Shown: positions 53,653 to 63,455 of the stretch, piece by piece
How the letters are laid out: every line of letters begins with the position of its first letter
How positions within the stretch are numbered: position 1 is the first letter of the stretch
IMG/VR virus record: IMGVR_UViG_3300009159_000064
Location: 5,253-69,252 of that record
Direction: 5' to 3' (one strand)
DNA from: a virus
Length of the DNA stretch: 64,000 nucleotides
Position numbers and translations under genes: made by a program
The notes under the pieces: generated by a model
Database searches by the model: none
Told to the model about the DNA's origin: nothing
What the model saw: the letters and a program-made list of their open reading frames with translations, nothing else

Positions 53653-55197
53653 CTATATAGATGTTGCTGTTGACCCACCAGTAAATTGACTGATGGTGAT
53701 TACGATAAATTCAGCAGGAGTTTGTAAGGCAACCCCAACTTCGATGTTTACTATTCCATCTTCTACTGATAGTGCCGTGTTGTTTGCTGAACTACATGTA
53801 ATGTAGAAAGCTTCTCCAGTAGATTTTCCTTTTAATCCACCAGTTCCCCAGAAGTTTGTAAGAATAGATGAGATTTTTACTGTAAGGTCAGACCACAAAC
53901 GCTCATCATTTGGTTCAAATAGAGCGTATGCTGTTGAGTCTTTAAGTGTTTGCTTAAGGAAGTTTAAAGAACGACGCACCGTAATAAACTTATCTGCAGT
54001 GTTTCGTGCTTGTGTGCGAGCGCCATTTATGATAACGCCAACTCCAGGGACTGTACTAAACAAGTTAATTTGTTCTGTTTTGTACAATGAACCTTGCTCT
54101 GCTTCAGTAAGGGTTGTTACTAAACCAAAGACATTGCGCACATCTAAACCGTAACCAGCTGGGGCTTTAGCAACACCACGAGATACCTCAGAACGAATCA
54201 TTGCTCCAACCACTGCACCACCAGGGAAGGTAGTACGGACAGCTGCGGCACCTGATTTGGTTGGGTCAAACATTTTAAGGGCTGGTCCGTATACAGCAGC
54301 GTAGCTGGATTGAGTATACCCAGATACAGCCGCCGATAGAGCAGATTTAGTGGTTGCTGCCAGTGGTGTGTCTACAACTAGGAAAGAATTTCCTCTTGTA
54401 GCCATTTTGTCTATACCATCATTAACAATAGTTGTAGACGTTTGCCCGACTAAGTTAAAAATCAAAGGTTGCTTGTTAGTATCGTAGTTGTCTAACGTAG
54501 CAGCCCAGTCAACAGAGTCAATTGATCCACCTCCGTCTGATCCAGAAGCAAAGGTTTTTGAAACAACTACTACGCTGCTTGTCAAACCACTGATAGTCAG
54601 CTGAGCACCTGCGGCAACTGTAGCAACGCTTGCTGTTGTGACGTATGACGAATATAAGTCAAGAACTGTACCGATGTACCTGTTCTCTGAAGGATCTACA
54701 GATAGACCAGACCATTCCTCTACTTGTACACCACTTAGTTTTACTGTCACTGTAAACAATGAGTCTTTAGTAAACTTAGGTGTTGTTGTCGGAGTGACCA
54801 GCGTAGTGGTATCAAACGTGTAATCAACTGTTAAAGAGTTACCCCAAACACCAGCTGATTTAGCATTTAATCTCCAGATGTCTGCGGCAGCACCAGCAGT
54901 TGGAGTTCCTTGAATATTGCTGGTTGCAAGCACTGCTGAAGAATCGGCAACACGAGCAACATAGGCTGTCTGTCCACCGTTAGCAAAGAAATGGTAAACA
55001 GCGTAACCTAGATCATAATCATTGTTTAAAGCGCCAAAAATACTTGTGTACTGTGTCCAGCTAGTAATAGCTATTGGCGTAGTTGGACCTCGCTCTGCCG
55101 TTCCTAGAAAAGCAGCAGATGTTACTCCTGTGTTAGCTGTAATGTTGGTAGTAAACGTGGATTCTGATACGTATACTCCTGGGCGCTCATATGCCAT
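53653..55197 (-). CDS. Tail sheath protein
   Basis: RPGVYVSE, RGP, KAPAG, VRR, FEPND, PAEFI. Confidence 0.95.
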   Translation of the reverse strand: MAYERPGVYVSESTFTTNITANTGVTSAAFLGTAERGPTTPIAITSWTQYTSIFGALNNDYDLGYAVYHFFANGGQTAYVARVADSSAVLATSNIQGTPTAGAAADIWRLNAKSAGVWGNSLTVDYTFDTTTLVTPTTTPKFTKDSLFTVTVKLSGVQVEEWSGLSVDPSENRYIGTVLDLYSSYVTTASVATVAAGAQLTISGLTSSVVVVSKTFASGSDGGGSIDSVDWAATLDNYDTNKQPLIFNLVGQTSTTIVNDGIDKMATRGNSFLVVDTPLAATTKSALSAAVSGYTQSSYAAVYGPALKMFDPTKSGAAAVRTTFPGGAVVGAMIRSEVSRGVAKAPAGYGLDVRNVFGLVTTLTEAEQGSLYKTEQINLFSTVPGVGVIINGARTQARNTADKFITVRRSLNFLKQTLKDSTAYALFEPNDERLWSDLTVKISSILTNFWGTGGLKGKSTGEAFYITCSSANNTALSVEDGIVNIEVGVALQTPAEFIVITISQFTGGSTATSI

Positions 55198-55232
55198 GAT
55201 AACTCCTATTGATAATTAATGTGGGCTGTATA

Positions 55233-55901
55233 TTACTCATTGAAAGCTGTTAGTTGATAATCTATTGTACTATTAATTGTGGACACTGGTTTAACAGAGG
55301 TGAGGGATGTGTAATCTCCATCAGCTATCTCTGAAGACATTTTTAAAGTATATACCTTACGAAATATTCGTTTTCTAAAACCAGACTCCTGATCTAAGAG
55401 GTCGGCATTGGTCCAATCCAACAGATCAAACCTTCGTGCAGTGTTGTCTGCTTGAATATGTATGGAATTATACCTAAAAGGAACAACGTGGGATAGAAAG
55501 CGTGAGGTCAGTTGGCGGTCATGTAGGGCAGTACGACAGTATGTAGACACTTGATAAAGTAAGTCAACTGGAATAAAGTCCATTGTTGTCTTAAAATTGG
55601 TTGTGCTTCCACCAGAAACACTAGCGCTAACACTTGGCCAATAGTTAAAGAAGGCGGGGTTACCCGACCAACCACCAGCATTTCCTGAGTAAATCAAGGT
55701 ATCTGAATGCTGACGGTCTGTAGCATGAAGGATATCAATAAGCTCAATTGTGATAAAAGGGTATTTACGCTCAGTTTCTGATTCTGGGTATCTAAAGAAG
55801 ACATCTACAGGTCGGCTACCATCTCTATCGTCGCTTACAGAGCAACCACTAAACCTAAGTTTAATAGCTTCATCCTCTGCTAATAGGAATCCAGTCTTCA
55901 T
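55233..55901 (-). CDS. Tail terminator / neck protein
   Basis: YPFITI...PVDLLYQV; immediately upstream of sheath. Confidence 0.65.
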   Translation of the reverse strand: MKTGFLLAEDEAIKLRFSGCSVSDDRDGSRPVDVFFRYPESETERKYPFITIELIDILHATDRQHSDTLIYSGNAGGWSGNPAFFNYWPSVSASVSGGSTTNFKTTMDFIPVDLLYQVSTYCRTALHDRQLTSRFLSHVVPFRYNSIHIQADNTARRFDLLDWTNADLLDQESGFRKRIFRKVYTLKMSSEIADGDYTSLTSVKPVSTINSTIDYQLTAFNE

Positions 55902-56293
55902 TTTTTATTACCTAAAAACTCGTTAATTCTGGTGTTAATGGCTTTACCCATAGTTTTATCAACCTTAAGGATTTCATGCCTTAAAAGGGATTTTGCTGGG
56001 GGACCATATTCTAAAGAAGCAGCAATAGCTTTAGATTTACCTTTTACTGCGTAGTTAAATGTAAGGTTTTTAGGATCCCAAAGAATATTAAAATCTTCTG
56101 CTATGTCCTTCCAAGCCGCTTCTTTTTCAGGAAGTTCTTTTTTTATTCGCTCCGTATCTGACAAGATAATTGGATCAATAATTTGAGCAAGATGTTTGTC
56201 CATATTTATAAACAACTCAGCTAAGTAGCTAATTGGAGAAGGACAGCCTGAGATTATAGGACTAGAGGATGCGCTTGAAGATGTGCCACTCAT
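55898..56293 (-). CDS. Hypothetical neck-region protein
   Basis: LEYG motif; AAGGAG RBS. Confidence 0.6.
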   Translation of the reverse strand: MSGTSSSASSSPIISGCPSPISYLAELFINMDKHLAQIIDPIILSDTERIKKELPEKEAAWKDIAEDFNILWDPKNLTFNYAVKGKSKAIAASLEYGPPAKSLLRHEILKVDKTMGKAINTRINEFLGNKK

Positions 56294-56355
56294 AGGCGCT
56301 CCTTGTGTTCTATAGGCGTTGTATTACTTAGCGCTCGCTAAGTATTTACAGTTTA

Positions 56356-56886
56356 TCAGGAAAGAGAAGGTAGCGCCGAAGGCCAAGGGAAGTCAGTAAC
56401 AGCCAATGCTGCTGGACCTGGATCGTTGGGCATTTCGTCATCTACGTACACTTCAATGCCTTCAACTACTACAAGCACATCATCTTTTACACGACCACGA
56501 ACACGGTACATCGTAACACTGTAATAACGAGCGTCGTACATAAACATATCATTTAAATGTCTTTGGTATTCATATGGCTCAGGTACACCTGCGTCACGCA
56601 TGTCAGCAATAGACATAACTACGTTTACTACCTGTACTGGCTGTCTTCCTTCAGGAATGGCTCTTTTAGTATCTTCAGTTTCGGTAATCATAAGTACTGG
56701 AATAGATATATTATCCCTATACTTCTTACCACCATTCCCGCCTACACCTTCGTCGTAAACATCGTCGTATGTGCTTCCCACATTTGAAAAAGGTATAAAG
56801 CTAAACCATGATATGGTTTCTCCAACGTGTCGTTGGTATTGACGATAGTTTTTGCGAATATGCGCAAGTTCTCTACGACCATCCAT
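56356..56886 (-). CDS. Head closure / stopper-like protein
   Basis: Position in head-tail block; beta-rich sequence. Confidence 0.55.
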   Translation of the reverse strand: MDGRRELAHIRKNYRQYQRHVGETISWFSFIPFSNVGSTYDDVYDEGVGGNGGKKYRDNISIPVLMITETEDTKRAIPEGRQPVQVVNVVMSIADMRDAGVPEPYEYQRHLNDMFMYDARYYSVTMYRVRGRVKDDVLVVVEGIEVYVDDEMPNDPGPAALAVTDFPWPSALPSLS

Positions 56887-56889
56887 AAG

Positions 56890-57723
56890 TTACATCCCGT
56901 AGATTGCGGCAGAGTTTATGCTAACTCCAGGCTCAATATCTACAAAAACATTGTTAAGTTGCTTATCGGCTGGCTCTTCAATAACAATCATTCCCTCACT
57001 TATCTCAGGGAACAAGCGTTCAATAGGTCCATATTCTCCAAGTTCTTTAGACTTGTAAATAGGAACAAACCTATTTGTGCTTCTAGACACACGACGCAAA
57101 TTCATTACTTCAATTCTTTCAAGACCAATGTTTAGAGATTTAGCTTGGCGTTCGTATGCTTTTGACCAATAATCAAGTAAGCTTTGAACCATTCGGAAGC
57201 GTTGACTTGCTGGGATATGCACTGATTCTGATGTTGTAATGTCAATGTCTCGGCTGTACTCGGTCAGTAAACCCCAAAGAGATTCAACAACACAGTGCAT
57301 ACCAATAGTGTCAATAACAATTGCAGACATGCTTTCAAGAGGTAAATCTAAATTGTATATATGCTGTTCTATTGAATGACTAGCATAAAACTCAAGGTCT
57401 GAAGGAAGAACCCATTCATAATAGTAACCTTCAACTAGGATACTGGCGCTGGCTGAAGGTGTTGTATTAAACCGTAGAATACCGTTTCGGGCATCTAGAG
57501 AGTAATAAGAACTTGCAGACGTATCAGAAGTTATTGTAACTGGGGCGTTGTTTACGTATGTAGCAACCCATAATGAGTCAGAGTCTATGTTTGGACTTCC
57601 TAGTTCATAAGTACGCCCAACCGCATCAAAGGATACTTGAAAGAATTTAGGAAAATCTCTTAAGAAGTTTCTAGCAATTGTTGTAATGGTAGAAACAGTT
57701 GCAGCATCATATGTTGTCGTCAT
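56890..57723 (-). CDS. Head-tail adaptor-like protein (leaderless)
   Basis: TAAACT-N6-ATG; DIDITTSESVHIPASQRF. Confidence 0.6.
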   Translation of the reverse strand: MTTTYDAATVSTITTIARNFLRDFPKFFQVSFDAVGRTYELGSPNIDSDSLWVATYVNNAPVTITSDTSASSYYSLDARNGILRFNTTPSASASILVEGYYYEWVLPSDLEFYASHSIEQHIYNLDLPLESMSAIVIDTIGMHCVVESLWGLLTEYSRDIDITTSESVHIPASQRFRMVQSLLDYWSKAYERQAKSLNIGLERIEVMNLRRVSRSTNRFVPIYKSKELGEYGPIERLFPEISEGMIVIEEPADKQLNNVFVDIEPGVSINSAAIYGM

Positions 57724-57740
57724 GCTAATAGTTTACTTTA

Positions 57741-57893
57741 TTATTGATCGCCAGAACCAGAACCAGGAACTGTATCTTGAAGTTCTTGATTCATTGCTGG
57801 CTGTTGTTCTCTAAACCTGCCAACAGTCACTCTGCGTACTCTTGTAATGTCAGCGACAGTCCCTGTAGGGATTGGGATAAGTCGTTCGCTCAC
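57741..57893 (-). CDS. 50-aa hypothetical protein
   Basis: GTGA overlap with upstream stop; MSERLIPIPTG...GSGSGDQ. Confidence 0.6.
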   Translation of the reverse strand: MSERLIPIPTGTVADITRVRRVTVGRFREQQPAMNQELQDTVPGSGSGDQ

Positions 57894-58531
57894 AATCCAA
57901 CAAGCAAAAATGGATTTAGTGGGGCATCAGATGCCACAGTGTACACTCCCAAGTTTTGCCATACTCCAGTGTGCTTTACATACAAAGAAGATTGACCAGA
58001 AGCTGGGGTGTCTCCAGTACGGATATACAAATCGCCATCAACACCAACAGATGGTGGAACACCAGTTCCACTGCGGATGATTGTAGATACAAGTTTGCGT
58101 TTGTCAACAACACTGTTATTACCAAAGGTTTCACCAGACTTACGGAAAAGCGCATACAGCACAATTTGAGTTGAAGCTACAGTCGGAAACACAGGGTTAG
58201 TTGCGCTAGCTGTTCCAATGATGGTGTTTAAACTAAACACACCAGAACTATTTTGGGCAACAACTAAATCAAAACGTGGGTCAGCTCCAGCTGCTGTAAA
58301 GCTTAAAGTAGCCCCAGCGACAGAGCCGTAAACACCATCAATGAGTACTTCACCAGTAGCAACAATTGCTGTACCGTTTCCAGTAGCATTAAACGTGGTG
58401 GAAAACCCAGAAAGTATGGCATATCTGCCATTACCTAAAATATTAAAATCTAATGAGTCAGGCTCTGCTTGGTCTAAACTTTGGATTGATACACCAAATT
58501 CTTTTGCGTTGGGTACTGTAAATCCTGTCAT
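57890..58531 (-). CDS. Minor virion / fibre-like protein
   Basis: PRFDLVV, G.G.P...GVDGDLYI, ends PFLLVGL. Confidence 0.65.
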   Translation of the reverse strand: MTGFTVPNAKEFGVSIQSLDQAEPDSLDFNILGNGRYAILSGFSTTFNATGNGTAIVATGEVLIDGVYGSVAGATLSFTAAGADPRFDLVVAQNSSGVFSLNTIIGTASATNPVFPTVASTQIVLYALFRKSGETFGNNSVVDKRKLVSTIIRSGTGVPPSVGVDGDLYIRTGDTPASGQSSLYVKHTGVWQNLGVYTVASDAPLNPFLLVGL

Positions 58532-58541
58532 TGTCTAAACC

Positions 58542-58799
58542 TCAAAGTGTGTCGTAGATATTTCCTGACCTTTTAAGATAGTTGAACAGTTCACGTGGAA
58601 GCTTATAGCGTTGCCCATCATTAAATGAATAGCTTGTATGACTCCAAAACATAACCCAACTACCCTTTACCCTTGCGGATACAAAGTCGTCTTTGGTGTT
58701 TGGATCCAATACTTCTGCTTCATCTCTAGCAATTTCATATAAACTTTGATCTTGTTCTTGCTCAACGAATTCTTTAATTTCTTTTTTTGTACGTACCAT
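58542..58799 (-). CDS. Small capsid-associated protein
   Basis: Directly downstream of major capsid; F..GQRYKLP. Confidence 0.6.
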   Translation of the reverse strand: MVRTKKEIKEFVEQEQDQSLYEIARDEAEVLDPNTKDDFVSARVKGSWVMFWSHTSYSFNDGQRYKLPRELFNYLKRSGNIYDTL

Positions 58800-58830
58800 G
58801 TCTTGTCCTTTTTGTGTGTTGATTTGATTC

Positions 58831-58856
58831 TATGGGTGGGGTTTCCCCCACCCATA
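58831..58856 (-). terminator. Stem-loop after major capsid gene
   Basis: 11-bp perfect stem TATGGGTGGGG / CCCCACCCATA with GAAA loop on minus strand; no strong U-tract. Confidence 0.65.
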
Positions 58857-58870
58857 ATTTCAAAGATTAA

Positions 58871-59950
58871 TTAAGCGATTGCTCCACCCTTGGTGTTAAT
58901 CACAACACGGGATTCTGCGGTAATCATACCGAAGCCCCAGATTGCGTACCAAGCAAGACCATGCTCACGACCAAAGTCAATGACACCACCGTCACGGAGT
59001 TCTACTGGCAAAGCAATAGCGTGTCCGAAAGCGTTGTCACCAATCATGATGGCGCTGTATGATGTTGCTGTTGGTGCTTGTACACCAGTTGTTGCTGACA
59101 CGAGGTCGGCAGGTCCTTGACCTTGTACAACTTGAGTTGTCTCAATGAACACTACGTCATAGAGGCGACCAATTTCACCGAGCATGAAGTTACCTGGAGC
59201 AGCATACTTTGTTACTTCAATGAATTCAGGCCAGTCACGAAGCGCACGGCTCTGTGATGGGTGAACGAAGCAGACGTATGTGTCGCCAAGACGTGGGATG
59301 TTTTGACCAGCAAGTACCTCAACAGCATCTTTAATTGCTGCTGGTGATAGGTAACCTGGGCTGCTGTATGTGCCTACAGTACCTGCATCGTATGGCGAAA
59401 TCGTTGTACGAGCACCCGACGCAACGTTGCGACCAAACACTACGCTTGGAGGAACCGCAGAACCACCAGCGAACGGAACAGCATTTGTGTAAAGCGTGTT
59501 ACGAGCTTGGATGTCCATTGATTGTGCCATGTGGCGACCAAGCAAACGACTTGATGATGCCATGACATCATCAAATGATGCGTTAAGAAGAAGTTCAGTA
59601 ACTGCAAGAGCCTGACCTTGTTCACCAACTGTGATTTGAATCTGTGATGCTGATAGAGCAACTGGCTCCATACGTACACCTTCAGTGAGCACTGCTCCAG
59701 TGGTTTGGTCTGTTGACAAGTTTGAATAGCGCATGAAGTTAATTGTCAAACCAGGCATTACACCAAGTTCAGTCTTCTTAACTGCAAACTGCTCAAAACG
59801 AAGAACAGGCATTGCTTGGAACAAAATCTCTTTTGACCAAATTTGTTGAATTGCTGGTGAGAGTGTTGCATCACTTGAGTAGCCTGTCGTGGTAATTGAA
59901 CCAAGACCTGCTCCTGTAATTGCTCCACCTACTGGACCTGGAATTGCCAT
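58871..59950 (-). CDS. Major capsid protein (N4-gp56-like)
   Basis: WSKEILFQAMP.LRFEQFA, LTEGV, HP.Q..L, GEIG.L.DV.FIET. Confidence 0.9.
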   Translation of the reverse strand: MAIPGPVGGAITGAGLGSITTTGYSSDATLSPAIQQIWSKEILFQAMPVLRFEQFAVKKTELGVMPGLTINFMRYSNLSTDQTTGAVLTEGVRMEPVALSASQIQITVGEQGQALAVTELLLNASFDDVMASSSRLLGRHMAQSMDIQARNTLYTNAVPFAGGSAVPPSVVFGRNVASGARTTISPYDAGTVGTYSSPGYLSPAAIKDAVEVLAGQNIPRLGDTYVCFVHPSQSRALRDWPEFIEVTKYAAPGNFMLGEIGRLYDVVFIETTQVVQGQGPADLVSATTGVQAPTATSYSAIMIGDNAFGHAIALPVELRDGGVIDFGREHGLAWYAIWGFGMITAESRVVINTKGGAIA

Positions 59951-59988
59951 AACTTATCTCCTAGTATTTAGTTGAATATATCGGGACC

Positions 59989-60795
59989 TTAAAAACGACC
60001 TTTATTAGGTCGAGAACTTAATAGCCTGTCTCTCATTTTAACATACTGGTCCATCGTCATGTTTCGGATGTCATCCGAATTAAGCGTTTGGTATTCCTGT
60101 TGGTTTTCCATTGGTCCAGACGAAGGTGACGTAACTGAAACGCCTTTGATTTGGCGTGGTTGCGTCGCTTGTTGGACACTTTGAAGTATAGCAGCACTAC
60201 GCTGACGGAGAATATCAACAGAAGCGTCAACCTCAGCTGGAGTGTTTCCAGACACAAGATCAATCAATTCAGGAATAATATTCTCTTGCTCTTCATGCAA
60301 TTTGCGTTGACGGTAAGTCTCTAACTCACGCAATTCTCGCTCTTTATCAAGCAAAGCTTGCTGAGACTTACGCTCTTCTTCAATAGCAGAAAAACGCAAT
60401 TGCCATTCAGCGTCAATGTTCTTAATCTTGGTATTAAACTCATCTTCTGTTTTTGCAAGAAGTTGCTTAGAAGTAAGTTCTTCAAATTCACGTTGTTTGC
60501 GAATTTCCTCTTCTTTACGAGCAATGCTCTGTGCTTCTTTGATAGCTGTTTCACGGTCTTGAGCAAGAACTTTAAGTTGCTCTTCCATTGCTTTTGAGCG
60601 CAAATCAGAATCTTCAAGACGTTTGTACATCTTGTCTTTTTCTTGTTTGCGAATATTCTCTACCTCTGCCTCAGTAAATATTTTACCTTGGACTGGGGTA
60701 ACTTGATTATTCGGTGCTACCTGCTGTGCTGCATCATTAAATGCATCCATTGCTTGCGCAGGTATAGTGATTTCGTCTGTCTCTCGCTTTGCCAT
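59989..60795 (-). CDS. Capsid scaffolding protein
   Basis: Coiled coil between portal and capsid; C-terminal IRNMTMDQY...R.RLL. Confidence 0.8.
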   Translation of the reverse strand: MAKRETDEITIPAQAMDAFNDAAQQVAPNNQVTPVQGKIFTEAEVENIRKQEKDKMYKRLEDSDLRSKAMEEQLKVLAQDRETAIKEAQSIARKEEEIRKQREFEELTSKQLLAKTEDEFNTKIKNIDAEWQLRFSAIEEERKSQQALLDKERELRELETYRQRKLHEEQENIIPELIDLVSGNTPAEVDASVDILRQRSAAILQSVQQATQPRQIKGVSVTSPSSGPMENQQEYQTLNSDDIRNMTMDQYVKMRDRLLSSRPNKGRF

Positions 60796-60846
60796 AATTT
60801 TCTCCTGTGTGTTGTTTAGCGAATATTAACGGTTATGGTATACGTG

Positions 60847-62541
60847 TTATTTATCTTCGTCAGGTACACGACGCTGTGCAAATCTTGCGCCATATGCCCG
60901 ACTAGTCATTTTATTAATTAGATCTTCCTCAATCGGTGGAATACCACCAACACCTGGAAGCGGTCCACCCGATGAAGGATTTCCCGCACTAGATACATTA
61001 GCACCTCCAGCGGAGGTCGTTTGCATGCCAGACGCATCTGGTAGCAATCCAGTAGCAAGCATCACGGCTTGACCAATTTGAGCACGAACCATGTCCAATG
61101 CTCCTTGATCAATAGCATCATCCATAAGCTCGTCAAATATCTCAATCATCTTTTCATTAGGGAACTCTTCTCCAAGAGAGCGCAAAGCACCCTTCTTAGA
61201 TTCAATACCTAATGCCATTTTTGCCTGAGCTTCATTTAACTTAATAAGAGCATCAACAGGCAAAGGCTCAGGCCAATGAATAGTTGTCTTATAAGTAGTT
61301 GGATCTAATGGGTCTAATTGCGTTAATTGATCAGCTTCTGGCATTGCAGATTGAGATGCGTCATATACCAGTAGTTCTGGTTGAAATACAGCAGCAGTTC
61401 TAATAATGATTTCGTTAAGTTTCTCAAGACCATTTGTAAAGTGGACTTTTTTCATTTGATAACGATTCATCAAAGGCTGGTACTGAATGGCTAGAGCTAC
61501 TCCAGAAGTATTAGATACTGGCTGAAACTGTCCAAGAGCAGTTTCTGGAACACCAGTAATCTCGTGCATTGCACGCTTGATTAACTGGATGTATTCAAGA
61601 GCACCAGCCATTTCACCACGAGATTCCAAGTTAAATACTTGTGCATCCTTTGGTAAACCAGCCCAAACCTTCTTAGGTCCACGCTCTAATTGACTTGCTT
61701 TAGCACCAGTGATAATTGTTACTGGTGCTGCATGATAGTTAATGATGTCAGAAACTTCAGTCATCTTTTCGTTAAGTTCACGATTGAGCTGAATAACATC
61801 CCAAATGTCAGATTGTCCCCAAGGTGATGAGGTTATAGTCACATTAGGGATATGGACAACTGGAACCATTCCTAGAGGGTTAGGGTATGAATCTACTAGT
61901 TCGTCATTAACAAACTGTTGTACTGACTCATCTGTAAGTATCTCTGTAAATGTGTAAACCTGGCGAGTGCCTTCAGGAGAAGTACCCCAAAAACGATACT
62001 TAAGTTTAAAGCGCAACAACCTTTCTCGGTCATGCGGGTGGTATTCAGGAAAACAATGTGCTGGGTTTAGCGGAAGTATACGAATACGACCAGCACGCAT
62101 AACTCCAGCACCGTCTGCGTAAGGTTCGTCATAAGCAACTTTAACAAAACAATCTCCAGTAACACTGGCTAATTGCCCCATTTGCCATAGCAAATAATGT
62201 TTGTTATTTTGGTTGTCCCATACTTCATGTAGAAGACGAGGGATTATTGCTTGATTCTGTTCTGGTACTTTAAACTGAATGCCTTTGCCAAAGCAAAAGT
62301 TTGTGATGAAATCCGACATTGTTCGGACATAATTCATCGTTATATTGTTATCGCCCATTTCACGACGATAAGACCAATGGTGTCCAAGGTACCAAGCCCA
62401 AGCCGCTGAGTAGCGGTTTAGGCGTGGACCATGAACCTCAAATTCTTCGTCTGCTAATTCAACCAAACCTAAAGGGCTGATAGCAACAGTTAAGTCGCTA
62501 GATGCAGCCCTATAGGAGGGTGACCAAAAATCAATAGGCAT
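60847..62541 (-). CDS. Portal protein (SPP1 gp6-like)
   Basis: NY...D...F.G, VTGD, NPLG.VPVVH.PN, SGVAL, W..PLP. Confidence 0.9.
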   Translation of the reverse strand: MPIDFWSPSYRAASSDLTVAISPLGLVELADEEFEVHGPRLNRYSAAWAWYLGHHWSYRREMGDNNITMNYVRTMSDFITNFCFGKGIQFKVPEQNQAIIPRLLHEVWDNQNNKHYLLWQMGQLASVTGDCFVKVAYDEPYADGAGVMRAGRIRILPLNPAHCFPEYHPHDRERLLRFKLKYRFWGTSPEGTRQVYTFTEILTDESVQQFVNDELVDSYPNPLGMVPVVHIPNVTITSSPWGQSDIWDVIQLNRELNEKMTEVSDIINYHAAPVTIITGAKASQLERGPKKVWAGLPKDAQVFNLESRGEMAGALEYIQLIKRAMHEITGVPETALGQFQPVSNTSGVALAIQYQPLMNRYQMKKVHFTNGLEKLNEIIIRTAAVFQPELLVYDASQSAMPEADQLTQLDPLDPTTYKTTIHWPEPLPVDALIKLNEAQAKMALGIESKKGALRSLGEEFPNEKMIEIFDELMDDAIDQGALDMVRAQIGQAVMLATGLLPDASGMQTTSAGGANVSSAGNPSSGGPLPGVGGIPPIEEDLINKMTSRAYGARFAQRRVPDEDK

Positions 62542-62572
62542 TTAAATCCTTGCTAGAAAGGTAATAAAGATA

Positions 62573-62797
62573 TTACTTCTTTTTTGCTGGTTTTGCTGCC
62601 ACTGCTTTTGTTGCTAAATCAATCAATAGTGCTGTGTTCTTGTCACCAATCTTTGTTGAAAGGTAAGATAGAGCAAATGCTGCTGCTGGGAGCAGAACTG
62701 CAACTACTTCTGTGGAAAGATTATACTTAGTTGCACCATAGGTTAATAAACCTAATAACGCTCCTTTGGCTGTTGCATCTACATGAGCTGTCTTCAT
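62573..62797 (-). CDS. Small membrane protein
   Basis: Two hydrophobic segments, basic tail, AAGGAG RBS. Confidence 0.65.
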   Translation of the reverse strand: MKTAHVDATAKGALLGLLTYGATKYNLSTEVVAVLLPAAAFALSYLSTKIGDKNTALLIDLATKAVAAKPAKKK

Positions 62798-62826
62798 GAT
62801 ATTACTCCTTTTTGTCGGTTTGTTAA

Positions 62827-63453
62827 TTATACAGGTTTGCGCTTTGTTTCGTACTCCTGTAAATACGCATGATACGGTGGTCCCGTATATGGATCAAACT
62901 TAGCAGATATTGTGAGAGCTTTTATGGCATTTGTTTTTGCCTTACTCGTAGTTTGAATCTGCCCATGAGTCATGGCTTGTAAAGCGCCTAAAGCATATGA
63001 AGAACCGCTACCGACAGAGTACAAACCACTCATATCTGAATACCACGAGTAGTCGCCATCAACTAAGTATATTGTGCCATTTATAGCCATTATGATTATT
63101 GAGCCATGTTCTGCTATGTGGTCTTTATCTTCTTTATCTGGTACCGAGTAACCATGAAAGTCAAAACATTCTCGTAATGCTGGTATAAATTTGGCAGTAA
63201 CAAACTGATCTAACTTTTTACCCTTGGTATGAGGAGTAGGGGTTGGGGGTTGAAAGACATGTTGCAACAGGTTAATTGCTCGTAAATCTCCAGCAGTACC
63301 CATTATGTATTTTCCGTTGATAGCTATCTTTGAAGAACTCTCACGAAGTGTTCCTATTTGTGAGATGTTCCCATCTTTGTATACATCACTAATTCTAGAG
63401 TCAGCGCAAATTAAAGCAAAGCCATCTCCTTGAATTGCAGCAATGGTTGTCAC
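62827..63453 (-). CDS. HslV/proteasome-beta-like Ntn threonine protease
   Basis: N-terminal TTI, ADSR, KI, GTAGD, GSGS.YALGAL, DPYTG. Confidence 0.85.
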   Translation of the reverse strand: MTTIAAIQGDGFALICADSRISDVYKDGNISQIGTLRESSSKIAINGKYIMGTAGDLRAINLLQHVFQPPTPTPHTKGKKLDQFVTAKFIPALRECFDFHGYSVPDKEDKDHIAEHGSIIIMAINGTIYLVDGDYSWYSDMSGLYSVGSGSSYALGALQAMTHGQIQTTSKAKTNAIKALTISAKFDPYTGPPYHAYLQEYETKRKPV

Positions 63454-63455
63454 TT

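Noticed and set aside
56325-56345. Palindrome TACTTAGCGCTCGCTAAGTA upstream of 55898-56293
   Set aside because: A single short hairpin, adequately explained as a terminator or leader stem; nothing further supports a special role
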